A stretch of DNA of 44,462 nucleotides from positions 1 through 44,462 of the forward strand of contig JAQGDQ010001360.1 of assembly GCA_030141605.1 (NCBI GenBank), in the 5' to 3' direction. Source of the DNA: Tubiluchus corallicola (taxonomy: Eukaryota > Animalia > Priapulida). The notes beneath the pieces are model-generated. The model did no database searches, was not told the DNA's origin, and saw only the letters and a list, made by a program, of their open reading frames with translations. A program made the translations under genes and the position numbers. Below are positions 1-14,503 of the stretch, one piece after another (position 1 is the stretch's first letter; each line of letters begins with the position of its first letter).

Positions 1-152
1 TGCTGCATATAAAGAAAAATATTAAGATAAACTTCTCTCCTGAATTTACAAAAATGGGTGAATAAGTTTAGAAACATATCCAGTGATTAGAAAAAATGTC
101 TTAAATTTGACTATTGAAATTGAGGATAACTGAATGAGTTAATGTTTTACAG

Positions 153-281
153 GAAGAAAAGACTCCCGCAAAAAGAGATGGAGCCCAATGGTTTGACGTA
201 GGGATCATCAAGGGTACATCTACTATTGTTAGCCATTATTTCTTACCATCTGAAACAAGTACGAAGACTGATGATGTTAGC
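153..281 (+). CDS. HCFC1: Host cell factor (HCF-1-like) internal coding exon, C-terminal Fn3 region
   Basis: ttttacAG acceptor at 151-152 and GTAAGT donor at 282 (weaker alternative GT at 276). Translates EEKTPAKRDGAQWFDVGIIKGTSTIVSHYFLPSETSTKTDDVS, matching the HCF-1 segment QWFDVGVIKGT...HYFLP as I recall it. Phase 0-0. Confidence 0.92.
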
Positions 282-313
282 GTAAGTTTATTAGTTTTAC
301 TTGCACCATTCAT

Positions 314-720
314 TTGTTTGTTTGTTTGTTTGTTTGTTTGTTTGTTTGTTTGTTAGTTTGTTTTCTTTGATTGGCTGGGCAGGCACATCTGTTTATTAGT
401 TGTTTGTGTGGTGTGTAGTTTGTTTCGTAGATAGACCATTGGTCGGTTGATTGGCTATTTGGTTAGTCATTTGGTTGGTCAATTGGTACAAGGCCATCGG
501 CTGGTGTTTGATTAGGGGGAATTTGGCAGTTTTTTAGGTTCGTCTATTGGGCTGGTGCTTGATTAGTTGAATAGCGGTTGGTGGATTGAGTAGCATTTAG
601 TGAATTAATTAGTTGGTTGGCTGATTGGTTAGTGATATTTGATAGATTAATTGCTTGGTTGGTTACTGATTGCTTGATTAGTTGGTTGGTTTGTCAGTTA
701 TCTGGTTAAGGGGTTGATTA
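314..720. repeat. (GTTT)n followed by degenerate (TTGG/TTAG)n tetranucleotide tract
   Basis: Directly visible, within an HCF intron. Confidence 0.8.
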
Positions 721-899
721 GTTGCTACCTTGTTTATGTTCTGTAATGTTATATAATCCAATGTTGTTACTTAGTGTGCTTTACGTGTGTGATTGGGTTT
801 GAGAGCAATGAAAGTAAAGATGAATTTTTCTTTTATTGTACTTTCGTAAATTCGCGGCTTTTTCAAGGTGTTACTGATACAAAATTCGTTTATTTGCAG

Positions 900-1088
900 G
901 ACATAGATGTCGTTAGTGTTCCCGATCACAGCATGCTGAAGCGGCAGGAGCTGGAAGCAGGCACGGCGTACAAGTTCCGAGTTGCAGGCATCAATGCTTG
1001 TGGACGTGGTCTTTGGAGTGAAATATCTGCATTTAAGACATGTGTGCCAGGTTTTCCTGGTGCGCCATCTGCCATTAAAATCACAAAG
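900..1088 (+). CDS. HCFC1: Host cell factor (HCF-1-like) internal coding exon, Fn3 repeat
   Basis: tttgcAG acceptor at 898-899 and AAG|GTACAG donor at 1089. Translates [63 protein letters not shown], nearly identical to the conserved HCF motif [36 protein letters not shown] 774-1130 is this exon plus intronic read-through. Confidence 0.95.
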
Positions 1089-1690
1089 GTACAGTGTATA
1101 CCTCGAACTTTATTAGGTTTATACAGCTGATAATTGAGAAGCAGTCATGTTGTATTAAGTCTTTTCTACACAATAAACTTTTCCCTGATAAAACCATTGT
1201 TAGCTTTGCAAAATTGGTTATCACTAGTTACTACTTGACTGGTTTACCATAAGTCATTTATTTCACCTTACACATTTACAATAGTTTCATGTACAATATC
1301 TAGTGAAAGGGCCTACAATGAACATAATACAAATAAGAAATACTGCACAGGAAAAGCCTCAAACACTGTTCACTTATATACGAAGGTAAATGTGTTGCGG
1401 GCAATCAAAGAGCCGGGCTTGTTACATTGTCCCACACAGTGATGGAAAGAAAAGTAATGGAAATAATCTGAAAATTTGAAGTGAATCGTATGATAAAAAA
1501 ACAAAAAAAACATTAGTGCTTAAAATGGAATGATGTAATGAATGAAGCTCATACATGGGATGATATTACCTGAAAAAGTCATGAATTTACGAAAGTACAA
1601 CATTAAAATAATTGTACTCAGGTTTAAGCAGATTTATTTAAGAATTAAATTGCACCAATCAGCAAAGTAAAATGTGAATAACATTCTTAC

Positions 1691-1780
1691 CGTTAGTATA
1701 ATTTCTTTGCTGATGACGAAAATTCCCCAGAATGAAAAACCAGTTTGTTCTCCCACGAGTTTGAAGAGAAATAGATTCAT
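1691..1780 (-). CDS. Grl coding exon 3 (30 aa, TM7a)
   Basis: Minus-strand tttttctggcAG acceptor and ACG|GTAAGA donor. 90 nt, phase 0-0, encoding MNLFLFKLVGEQTGFSFWGIFVISKEIILT, the conserved Gr/Grl 'LF..L.....G...G.F.I.KE.ILT' penultimate exon. Confidence 0.88.
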
Positions 1781-2036
1781 CTGCCAGAAAAAAATTGTTA
1801 ATATATTTTGTACCTTTTGCTTACTTTTCTGGTTGCAAGCTTACACTTTTAGTACCTACCTACCTCTTTTTTCCTTTTAATTTCTTCTTTATCGTTTTCG
1901 TCTTCTTTTTTCCCTTCTTTTCCTTTTTTCTTTTTTTGCTTTTCTTTTTTATTTGCTTCTTTTTCTTTCTTTTTCCTTTCTTTCTATTTCTTTTGTAATT
2001 TCATTTTTCTCACTCTTCATGCCCTTCATTAATTAT

Positions 2037-2495
<459 letters not shown>

Positions 2496-3129
2496 TTGTA
2501 TTCATTTCATCTCCCCTCTCTCCTTTTCCATGTTCTTCAAATGTCCTTCAAATTCTCATTTACTTCTTTTTTGTATCCTTCTCTTGTTTCAAACCACCCG
2601 TAACTCCTCGCTCGTCCCTTTTCATTATAATCGTTCCTTCTTTCTTTATTGCTCAGTGTGACAGTACACATAACGTAGACTATACTTGGACAAATAAGCT
2701 GACACGAACTGACACAGGACTAACTTCATTAAGCACATTATGCAACAATTTCGGATTTCAGCAGTTTCAATAATTTACATGATTTCTCTTGATTACAAAA
2801 GTTCACAAGCGCGTAATTACGTAAGTTTATTACACAACAAACATTTTTTATTCATTTTCGCTGACATTTCAGCCCACGATCCCCTGCAGCGAAACAGAAT
2901 TATTTTATTAAGATTTGAAACAACGCATCAGAGATTAGATTGAATTTACGCAACGAGGCGATAATATCAAATCAACAATAAGAAACATCGTAAAGTAAGG
3001 CATTAAATATACGCGCTGAAATTAGACTGCTTGCCTGTTGCATTATCATAATTTATAAGTGACTAACAGGAAACGGTGGCAAGTAATAACGTATTAATTA
3101 AGTTAGATACTTCAGTGTTCATTGTTTCT

Positions 3130-3409
<280 letters not shown>

Positions 3410-4525
3410 GCTCTTTTTCTCTCATTGTTTTGTTAGTGTTACGGTTGTATTTGTGGTTTAATGTGTTACATGTAAATGTTGTGTTTATATGTATTATGTC
3501 AAATACAACTTGTAACAAAAAATCAAAGCAAATTATTTTTTTAGTTTTACCTAGTTTCTTTAATAAATAATAGGCTTAGCTATCATATTTCCTCAAGTAA
3601 ATATATTTGAATTGTTACAATTTAGTTAGCCTACTCCGATAGTGGATTACTTAATCTGTGTATTGGCTACAATATACTTGTCTGAAGAAACTGAGAAATA
3701 AACGCTCGCATAGCTACGTGCTTAGAATATTATTTGTAATAATTGTTACAGTTCTTATCCCGTTTTTATTCCGTCGAGTTGTTCTCTAGTGTTTTTAATT
3801 GCGTCTTTCCAACTAAACGAATTCAAAACCATTAAATTATTTCCTTTCGTAGGCGTACGGGAAGAAGTTTCACAAGAGGGCTCGAGGAATTTGTCCTGAA
3901 AATTTTTGAAAGTTGCCCTAGTTTGAGGGGAGAACGCAATCATCTCATGACACCCAATAGCAACTGCCATCGTAATAGTATAACAAATGCAAGAAATCCA
4001 AATTATAAAAACATTTACTAAAAATCACGAGTCTAAGAAGGCACAAGCCAATTGTTTGCATTTTCACTACACAAACATGCAAATACTGTCACAATACTTT
4101 TTTCTAACTTTTCAGAAATTCAAACGAAATAACGTTGACGGTTTGTGATTTCCTTTTGCAAGCATGTATATAGCCTTGCCAACACACCGAGAAGTATGTA
4201 CTTAACAAGTGCAAAAATGACTTACGAGGTTTAGTGAACTAAAATTGGTAGCAGGCGTTATTATAGCTTTACAATTATTAAAAGTTAAAAACAATTCGTC
4301 GCACAAGAAACACTACTTTCAGGCAGTGTCAAGATGTAGGGCCTAATGCAGTACGTATATTGAAATATTGAATTTTGAAATTTTAAAGCAGAATTCTTTG
4401 TCCTGAAAATAATCAGCTTTTGCCCTGAAAATGTACAATTTATTTGCCTTGGAAGGGCAAGCGACACCCGCCCTGACGTAACGCCTCGTGCGCATATGTT
4501 TCTGTAACGGTTTCATATTCATTAC

Positions 4526-4618
4526 CTGCAGTACGAAGTTGTTCGTAACTTCGTCGTGAATACTTCGCCATCTCGTGGAAGTTTTCACATCAAACATGAA
4601 TTGCAAAAGAGCATGCGA
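4526..4618 (-). CDS. Grl coding exon 2 (31 aa)
   Basis: Minus-strand ttttcttttAG acceptor and CAG|GTAATG donor. 93 nt, phase 0-0, encoding SHALLQFMFDVKTSTRWRSIHDEVTNNFVLQ, which fits the post-TM6 'AH..L..L' exon of Grls. Confidence 0.8.
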
Positions 4619-6287
4619 CTAAAAGAAAAAAACAGCAACTTTCAAATTATGTAGGATATAAGTTAAATACGCAAATGATAAAAACAGCCGCTGAACTTCA
4701 ACACTTTTTTGCTGCCGTATGAGGTAATTAGAGGGTGATTTCATCGTAAATTAGCCTCTTGTAATTCCCCAAAAATCGTTTATCATGAACAAAAACTTGG
4801 CGAATTTCAATTTTCCATAGTATATATGCAATCAATGTTAAAAACATGACCTGTTTGTTGACTGACTTTTGAAGATGACCTTATTACTTAACCCTTCCCA
4901 TATGTGGACGACTAGCGACAACTTGGCGCCTTGTAGCCGAGTTAAGAACCAAAATAAGGAAGCCGCGAATTTTTCGGATTTCCAAGAATAATATAGTATT
5001 GCACATATTTTGCATAATAACTTTACACACACATATATATATACATACATATTACTTCATATCATATCATTCGCCTCATATTGTAGTAGAAACACCCTCG
5101 TGGTCTGTCCGTCTATTCTGTTTAAACTATTTAACTGATTCATTTTCTACAGTATTCACGCATGCATGGTAATCTTGTTTCTCTTTTATAGGCCATGTGT
5201 CCACGTTAGCTTTTTGTTGTACTAAATGTTATTGAACTAAGACTAATGATATTTTCCTTTATACCTATAATAATGATTTTCCTTTGCAGAGTAATATTAA
5301 TTCTTTGAAGTTGTTAGATAATATCTGAAATGTTTGATTGATTTGTTTATTTATTAAAATGTGCCCTGCTGTGTGATAATATTTTGAAATGGTTTTGATT
5401 TGCGATATATGTATAGAGTCAACGTAATTATGCTAGTCTAAATAAATTTATGCTAAAATTATTTTTAATTTTATTGTCATTGTTGTGTTATATGTTTGTA
5501 TTTTCAATTGTTAAGTTTGAATGTTATACTTTATTATAAACCTTAATGGCCAAAGTTATTCTGTTGTTATATTTTTCTTTGACTAATTTATTTATTCTTT
5601 ATAGACATCACGGACAAAAGTACAGAAATCAATGATACTGGGCTCCTATATAGCAGTATAATTTACTATAACTACTTTTTACAGCCAAAGAAGCTTATTA
5701 TGTGGCCGGGCATTATTTTCACCTAATGTCTGCTCTCCCACCTAATACAAATCGAAAAAAGAACTATATAAAAACTTATTATTAAACAAAATCAAAATTT
5801 TCTCAATCATTTTTCTCCAGCCTGTCCACAGTTGTTAAACACACACACAGACGTCTAATCAACTGAGGAACGAACCCCAATTGACTAGATGTTTTTCGTC
5901 TGCGCACAAGAATTTATATTGCTTATTGGGTTTTGCGTTTTACATGAAATAACAAGTTCATCGCATCACTTTATGTAATAAAGCCGAGATTTTAATCACT
6001 TAGGGAATTATAAAGTCGTGTTTCGTGCCAATGTATTGCAGAATAAACTCTTTCATATTAGCGACTGTGAAGTAGTTTATTCGCATGATAGGCTCATTCT
6101 TGTTATTATGCTATAATCCCTATAGTATAGACTACTGACTGATTGTCATTGCAATTGTAAGGAAGCATAGCAATATATAGCCAGCGTCGGCACAAAGCTT
6201 CCATACTGTAGCGTATAGACAGAATAATCAAAGCAAACAACCAGGTAAATTGTGCTGCAAATTCATATTGTAGAAATTACAACTTAC

Positions 6288-7478
6288 CGCTGTATTTAAT
6301 GTTGCTGCCGCCAGAGAAACTATAATGAAGTTAATAGAATTTCCTACCAGCCAGAAAACGTGAGTGAAAACGCTGAATGTGTCAAGCTCTGAATCACCAC
6401 TATAAGCAAGAATGAGTCTGTAGGTGATAAAACAGATTAGTGGAATGTTGGTGATGTAACAGACGAATATCAACTTCCGAAAATCCCCATCAGCGATGAG
6501 AACAGCTCTAGAGAGGTACTGATGCTGCTGTCGCAGATTCTCTAGCTTCTTGGAGAAGGCCTCTTTTGACAGATCTCTTCTCTGTGTGAGAAAAATCAGG
6601 GCGCTGGCTAGTCTCTTGTACTGACGAGACAAAACGTTGCAAGTAGCGATGAAAAAGCAGATGGGATGAACCCAGGCGAATGAAGCAAAAGCGCAGATGA
6701 TCAGATGTAGGATCTGGAAGGAGGTGGTGGGTTGAAAAGGAGCCGTGTCACGGAGGGCATCTTCTCGAATGTTGTCATACGGACCAAACGCAGCAAACAA
6801 TCTTACTCCAATGTTAAATAGAGAAAACATCCAAGCTATAGCTAGTGATATCTGTGACTTTCTGCTGAGTGTTCTAATGTCTGTCACGGACAAGAAGATG
6901 TCTTGTTTCATTCCGTTTAGATTTTCTTGCCAGTACCGGCTGAATTGATTCAGGCCACCTTTGTTCCTTGATGCAAGACAAAGTATTCCCATATTGCAGA
7001 AGCACTGTAGTATCCAGCCAGTTCCAATCATGTTTCTGACCGTATAAATGCTGCCCGAAAAGAACGGATCATCCAGATAAGTAAGAGCGATGACGTTTTT
7101 GACAACGAATACAAAGATGGATGCAAAGACAGCAGTACAATAAACAAAACTTAGCCGTCGTAAATGAAGCAACTTGGATGTTGGGTCAGACCACGAGCTG
7201 AGCACTGGACAAACGCCAGTGAAGTACATGCTAAGTAGAATTGGTCGCACTATTTGGCAAACCGGAGTCGCTTCTTTCTGGAATTCTGCATCTGGCACCT
7301 CTTCGTCAGAGGAAAAGTCGCCAAAGCTAGACGCAAATGTGGACGCATTGCTGGCACAAGGATGAATGTGGGAGTCCTCTTCTGGCTTCAAGTAGAAAGA
7401 TACCGGTCTACCGTTTGGGTGTTTGTCACACTTGGAGATGCTGCTGAGTCTGACGCTACATTCTCGATGGAGAGACAT
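6288..7478 (-). CDS. Gustatory receptor-like (Grl, 7tm_7 chemoreceptor superfamily) large coding exon 1 (397 codons, N-terminus to TM6)
   Basis: First in-frame ATG at 7478 (caaaATG). Long hydrophilic N-terminus, then RPILLSMYFTG pre-TM1 motif, several hydrophobic helices, LENLRQQHQYLSRAVLIAD intracellular-loop motif, and SLAAATLNTA ending at a phase-0 GCG|GTAAGT donor. An additional upstream exon cannot be excluded. Confidence 0.88.
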
Positions 7479-8191
7479 TTGTCTAATTCTTGAGTAACAT
7501 CCACCAAGTTTGTCAACACAGTGCAATCGCGCCAAGAAGCTTCTTCCCAAGTCTTCCGCAACTTCTTCAAGAAAGAGTGTGAAGTAACCCCAAACCGAAA
7601 TTGCCTGTTCTTCCTATGTCTGTGAATTAAGGTGAATCTTTAAAGTAATTTACATAATATTTTTCAGCAGTTTAAGGCACTTCCTTTACAAAAACGTCAG
7701 AAAGATATCTTTTATTTCACCGCCTTTCCAGGATGTGAGAGAAGTCATCAATTCTTCACAGCATCAATATCTTGCAGGCCACCGAGCGGACTCTTCTCTG
7801 AAGCTGTACGTGTCGCAGGTATCGGTCACCTCTAATCAGCAGCATCCTGCGCAGAATCAACGCTACTTCTCGGTAACACAAGTACGCAATAAGATACTTG
7901 CAGTTTATAGTAATTATATCATTAAAAGAGAGGCAGACTTGTATTATGAAGGGATGCGCTTTCTTCTTTCATATGCTAATAGAATTTACCTTTTTTGCTT
8001 GATAGTCTGAAGCATTTCGTATGAATGTTATATGTACTGCAGCATTCCAACTTTCTGTAAGTTCCTGAAAAATGTGATAATTGAACAAAAGTTGAAGCTT
8101 TGCAATATCCCTGATTATATTTTTTGTTTATATTTACATCTGTATCTATGATAATTTCACGTGATTTCGTTAGATTCTATTCTGTAAATAA

Positions 8192-8767
8192 CAGTGGCGG
8201 CTCGTAGCTAAAATTAGTGGGGGTGCTGCTTCAGAAAATTTTTAGCCATTGTTTTAATACCGTGTAAAAAACAAACATATGTAGCTATATTTGAAGATCA
8301 GGTATTGAAAATCCTCTTTTCTTAATTGCAACATTCTGATGGAGAGACAACTGTGAAAAATTAAGCTTTTGTAGTTCACTTACAGTCACAGAACATATTT
8401 CTTGGGGTCGCAAGGCGTTCATTATTAAATAATTTATGTTTTAAACACACACGCTAAGCTTACACCTTATCACATCCGGGAATATGACGGTACACGGTAA
8501 GTACGTGGAAATTGTTACTGTGTTCAAGACAAGACTTTTCTACCTAGTAGCAGACGCTAGTGTACAGCATGTTGTCTCAGACATGGCTGTATACGCACAA
8601 CAGCCAAACGCCACGTTGCTTGGGCTGTCAAGCAAACTGTACTTCTCTCACATGCTCCGGTTCCGCACAAGTATAAAAAAATACTAAAGAAAAAAGACTT
8701 ATTATATTGAATATTATCTATAATAATGAGCTGCAGTTCCACAGTACCTATTCACGAGCCGCCACTG
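8192..8767. mobile_element. Non-autonomous hAT-family MITE
   Basis: Perfect 14-bp TIR CAGTGGCGGCTCGT...ACGAGCCGCCACTG; 8-bp flanks gtaaataa / gtagataa (7 of 8 match, a TSD); no transposase. Confidence 0.88.
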
Positions 8768-9687
8768 GTAGATAACCATGGAAACGACTGTCAGAATGCT
8801 AAAGTGACTCCTAGCATGTAAATAAAAATGATGAAACGGTTTTAACCGTAAAAACTAGCAACAAGTAAGATATAACTTTTCTTTAGTGCAGTCATTATGT
8901 TTCTTAATGTGTCAACGTTCTCTTGTTTATTTTTTCTAAAAACTAATTTCAGAAGGAAAGAGCAAAATAATAAAGTGTTTTATTAGTTTTACAAATAGCA
9001 GGTATTAATCTTTCCTTTTCGACCATTTAGTTAAAGTTAATCTTGTAGTTCTGCACAAAGGCAGCGTCTTCTGTTTAAGTTTTTTCTTCACGTGACGATT
9101 ATCTGTATACCTGCATGGAAAACTACAGGACGTCATCCAAAACTAGGAAGAATGTCAGAGACAGATGAGTACTGCAAACGTAGATCTGCCACAGAAAGTG
9201 CTTGAACAGGAAGACAACGCAGTTATTAAACAACCATTACTGACATGAGACAGACTATTAGTGTAGCAGTCGCTGCACTACTCAAACCACTAGGTTATTT
9301 GTTAAGATTCTGTCAGAATAGAGCGCTGAAATTAAGAGTTATTAATGGCAGTAATTGTAAGCGGGTTGGTGTTATAATAGAGTTACAGTATGCAACTACA
9401 CCAGCGGCTACAGTGGTTTTTAACACAAATATCTGGCAACATTGTCAAAAACACCGTCTAATAATAATTGGAAAGCTGAGCTATAAGAGGAATAATAGTA
9501 GAGATTTATTACAGAGAAGAGGGCAGACGTATACGCTTATTCAAACTACAATATTTAAAAACACCTCAGATGCTTCAAGGACGTTGTTACTTATAATATT
9601 TAAAGACAACCAATCATTTTTAGGGGGGGGGGAATAAAATCTTTAGTGGGGGCGGGATTAATTTATGAATTGTGTGGACACATTTAT

Positions 9688-10263
9688 TTAAAGCACAAGA
9701 AAACATTCTTGTTAATAAAGTTTAAAAAATTCGTTTTGAAATTTTATATCACTTACATGCTGTCTTGTTGCATACACAGCTTGTGTTAGCAGCAACGCTG
9801 TATAAAACTTGTAAATTTAAACTCCCGTGATATCCGTTAAGCGCAGCCATTTTGACTGAAAGTTTTTTGAAACAAGTTTAGTTAACACTGCGTAAATTTA
9901 AAAAATTTATAGGATCAGTAATGTATTTTTTTGTGAATTAGTGGGACAGTGGTGCACTTTCGGATGGCGATGCTGTGCCGTTTTACAAAGTGGCGCGAGC
10001 ATTTTAAATTATTAGGAATTTAATGCTAAGTAATATAACTTAGTATGGGAAATCCTGTGTGATGCACTTCAAAATTCCCCTTTCTTCGCTTCTAAATTTC
10101 CATGCGATCCTACCGTAATTATTTGCTGCACTTATAATCGTTATATCAAGATTATTATTATTAATAATACTAAATTATTATTATTAAATTTTTGATACTA
10201 AGCATATCTGCAAAGGAAATTTGGAAAAAAAGTTACGTCCAAACCTGCGTTTGTTCCTTTTGA
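9688..10263. mobile_element. TTAA-type MITE, family C copy 1
   Basis: Starts TTAA-AGCACAAGAAAAC. Shares aacgctgtataaaac.tgtaaattt.aactccc, gccattttgac, ttgaaacaagtttag and aatgctaagtaatataactt with 29786-30474. Right end approximate. Confidence 0.65.
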
Positions 10264-10781
10264 TTATAATTCTAATGTATTATTCTAATGTCACAACCAC
10301 GAGACTGTACAGCGCCAATGGTTTACGACAGGTTTTAGTTCACTTTAACAACACAATTTAATCTTAACAGCACACCAAACGTTACAGTAGTCCCAGAGTT
10401 TTTGACGATGATGGCAACACTTGTCTAAGAAAGGGTACGAAGTGGGACCTGTTATATTGAAAAATCACAGTTTGAAATTTTGGATGGTCAGATAACATTG
10501 ACTAGCACGGTCTATGCCGGATAACTACCCTTTACTCGAGTACATGGTGTCATTTGCTCGATTGCAGTTGCACCGTAAGCTAATGCCAAGTTTTGGTTAC
10601 TTTTTAACTAAAATAGACACAGAGTAACTACAGAATAAATTGATTGCAGTCAACAGAATGGCAAGTTGGTAAATTTTCTTGCCGAGCTCGTGCTAAGAAC
10701 TTAGTTTTGCAATAAAAGTGTTTGTAAAGCCTATTTCAATAAAAACTGTGTCTTTAAATATGATGACGATTATCTTGGAGA

Positions 10782-10783
10782 CA

Positions 10784-10862
<79 letters not shown>
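10782..10862. repeat. (AG)n microsatellite
   Basis: Directly visible. Confidence 0.97.
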
Positions 10863-10867
<5 letters not shown>

Positions 10868-11660
10868 GGGGGAGGGAGGGAGGGAAGGAGGGGGAGACGG
10901 AAAGCTCCAGTTCCTGGAAAGGTTATAGATGACGGCAAGAAACATCAGATGTCGTCATAGTAAGAGGTAATAATTGGTCGGAAGCCTGGTCTTTTTTGTT
11001 TAATTGCCTATACCCGGTGCGCATATCCTGCATATTCATCGCTCTTGCGTAATTTACATTATAATACTCACTAACGAACATCCGACCTGAATTAATGAAG
11101 AGTCATTTTTCTCAGCATCTCTGTGAAGTTTCTTTTAAGCGGGAATAGCGTACTTCTTAAAACACTTTGAAAGAAAACTGTCGCAGAATATTAATTATAA
11201 GTGTGTTATTGATGGACGCTAACAAACCGTTTATTATTTCCTGATTCATCACGACGCTAATTTCTGTTTAAATTTTGAATTTTGTGAAAAGGGATTTTGG
11301 GAAAATGACCACTTGAAACAAGCATTGATTAACGTAATATAAAGACTATATATATATATAAATATATAACGTAATATAATTTTAATAACTTCTGAGGCGT
11401 AGGTGCATTGCGCACGATCACTCACAGAGGGCAGCACAGACAACGATATTCAACGAAGCTTTAATCCGTTACCGATGTAATTTTCACATAAATTTTCGTG
11501 AAGTGGCCTTAAGCGTTTGTACTAATTTCTTGTATATATAATAATATTATTTAAATAATGACAACTAAGACGACAGCAAGCGGCAGCAGCAGCAACCATG
11601 GCAATGATGGTAACATCACTAATATCAATAATGCAAAAAACAATAATAATTATAGTAAGT

Positions 11661-12362
<702 letters not shown>

Positions 12363-13475
12363 TGTACAGAAAGGTTTATGATAGTCTTCTTTGACTTCTT
12401 AATGACCATCTTTCTTTTAGATAGTAATGAAATTAAAATTCATTAAGAATAAACTGAAACAGCTCGAATGCCTTTAGCAACAGGACAAAAATTTAACTTA
12501 TAATAATTACGTTACCACTTTAACATAACATTGACAAGTTCTTTAGCGAAGCAAAGTGCAAAAATCTCATTAGCTTTATTAATGAAGCACTTTTGCTATT
12601 TTTATGTCTCAATAGTTCCATAATGACCAGGGAAAGTTATTAGGAGGCAAATTTCATTGACGAACTGGGCCCACGTGCCGTTATATGCACATTATTATCG
12701 CATTTATTGCTATAAAGCCTAATAACGGATTGACTTTTATTTCGGATGAGTGCGCAGGGCGCAGGGCTGAAAACGTGGCTTCTTTTCGTCCACTTCACAA
12801 GCTTTCCAGCGAGTAGAAGCAGCTGTGTGTGTTGCACGTTGAAATTAACCCCGCGTTATGTTACTGCTCAAGGTGTTATAGTATGAATATCTGGAAACCG
12901 TAGCACAATGAGCAGAAGAAAATTTCAGAAGGTTTAGAAAAAGTAGCTTATAGAATTCTGCACGATTAAAAAGACAGTTATTTTTTAACAAGTTTATCAT
13001 TTCTCTGTTATTGTTAACTGACTGGTGTTATTCGCTGAGAAAACTGAAAAACTGAAATAATATCCAATGAAGTATTAAAATCGTTACCAATGAACGCAGC
13101 TCTTTATACTGGAAGCTTGAAGATATTAAATTTTATAAAATACAAAGTCGATGTTGTTTATTCACGGAGATTTTAACTCTTGTGTCTTGTTCGTACTTAG
13201 AGCAGTAATTAGCAAAGTAATTAACTAGTGAAGGCAGTTAACAGAGTCGGGGATGTGAATTCTTCACCTTTTGTGAGTCTTTTGCTTGCGTTAAATAAGA
13301 GCGCAGAGTTTATTTCTTCGTACGTTTTTGTGCGCATGAAGGAACGATCATGTGGAATTAATACGGAAACAATACATTTTTAGTTTTCCGTTAAACGTTA
13401 CATACAAGTATAACTCTTGAAATGCCTGAAAATTCGACATCGGTTTTTATGAGCAAAGAAGAATAACAGAAGAAG

Positions 13476-13554
13476 ATGCATCTGTGTGCCTGGTTCACAC
13501 TACTCGCCTTTTTTTGCTGTTCAGACTTAACGCGTGCGTTTTCCACTAGTGAAG
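13476..13554 (+). CDS. Signal-peptide-encoding first coding exon of a secreted/membrane protein (probably the LDLa gene below)
   Basis: aagATG start. Encodes MHLCAWFTLLAFFCCSDLTRA|FSTSE (hydrophobic core plus T-R-A cleavage-type motif) and ends at a consensus AAG|GTAAGT phase-1 donor, compatible with the phase-1 acceptor at 42347. Confidence 0.62.
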
Positions 13555-14503
13555 GTAAGTAAAGATTTATTGTTTACAAACCTCGAGGAATAGAATTTAG
13601 TCTAAGTGCTTGAGAAAACAACTGAGAGACGGAAATAAAATATGAGATAACAGGTCACCGGTCACTTAAATTCAATTGGTCACAGGTCACATGGGTGACC
13701 AATTTGTAGTGGTTTACATAACTCGGGTGCAAAACAGAGGCAGCGACTGTTCATGAAATACAGCAGTATTCAGCTGCCTTGCTTAGCGGTACTTTCTAAA
13801 TTTTACTATTGCTTATGCAGCACTAACAACCATGCTTTAAACCACATTAATTATTAATGCAGGGCAAAATTAAAAAGCAATAAATGTGTAAATTAGCATT
13901 GCCTTTAATAATCGTGTAAACTTTTTGATGAACTTAATTAGTCACTATAGCAGGCTTCTGTAGACAGATTCTTTTTTGAGAAAATAAAATGGTTGCCTGA
14001 CTTTACGCGTATTTACGATTAAGTTTGTCTCTAAAGCCAATAGTTTAAAAACGATTTATCACGGTGAGACAAAAACCAGCAGATTTATCCCAAACAGAGC
14101 TAAATACAAGCGTTTATAGTTCTGGGATATGTAAATCAAAATTATTTGTACTGCCTGCTTGCAGAAGCACGTGCCGCACACTTTGATAATAAGAGTTTAG
14201 ATTGATAGTATGAAAAAAAGAGAAAGTCATTTAGGGAACTGAAAATAAAAAACACCACAAAATTATCCGTAAATTTTTATTTTTTCGTTTCACGAAATAT
14301 TCTGCTGCTTATAAGTTTCCTAAATTCAGCTGCAAACATAAATCATTTTTTGCTATTGACGATATGCCGTTAATGTGTTCGCGACCTTCATTCTTGCCAC
14401 TTTATGACTTTGAATGACACGTCACATACATTCGTTCTCGTAATGCGCCAGATGTCTGCAGTACTGTATATCCAAGTACGGGGTGTCAGTTGTAATAATT
14501 AAT

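Noticed and set aside
1405-1467. IISITFLSITVWDNVTSPAL* as the Grl terminal exon
   Set aside because: It has a phase-0 acceptor and is hydrophobic but lacks the TY......QF motif; not supportable without transcripts.
3755-4210. Possible decayed Grl paralogue fragment on the - strand
   Set aside because: Only vague hydrophobic similarity, with multiple stops; not distinguishable from AT-rich noise by eye.
4888-4945. TTAACCCTT piggyBac-like terminus
   Set aside because: No matching AAGGGTTAA partner end seen; too little evidence.
4838-5050. FLTRLQGAKLSL peptide as Grl exon 3
   Set aside because: It lies between exons 1 and 2 (wrong order) and lacks good splice sites; the real exon is at 1780-1691.
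6745-7570. Short ORFs overlapping the Grl exon
   Set aside because: Shadow frames of the real coding exon; YGPNAA is not the HCF GYGPATQ motif.
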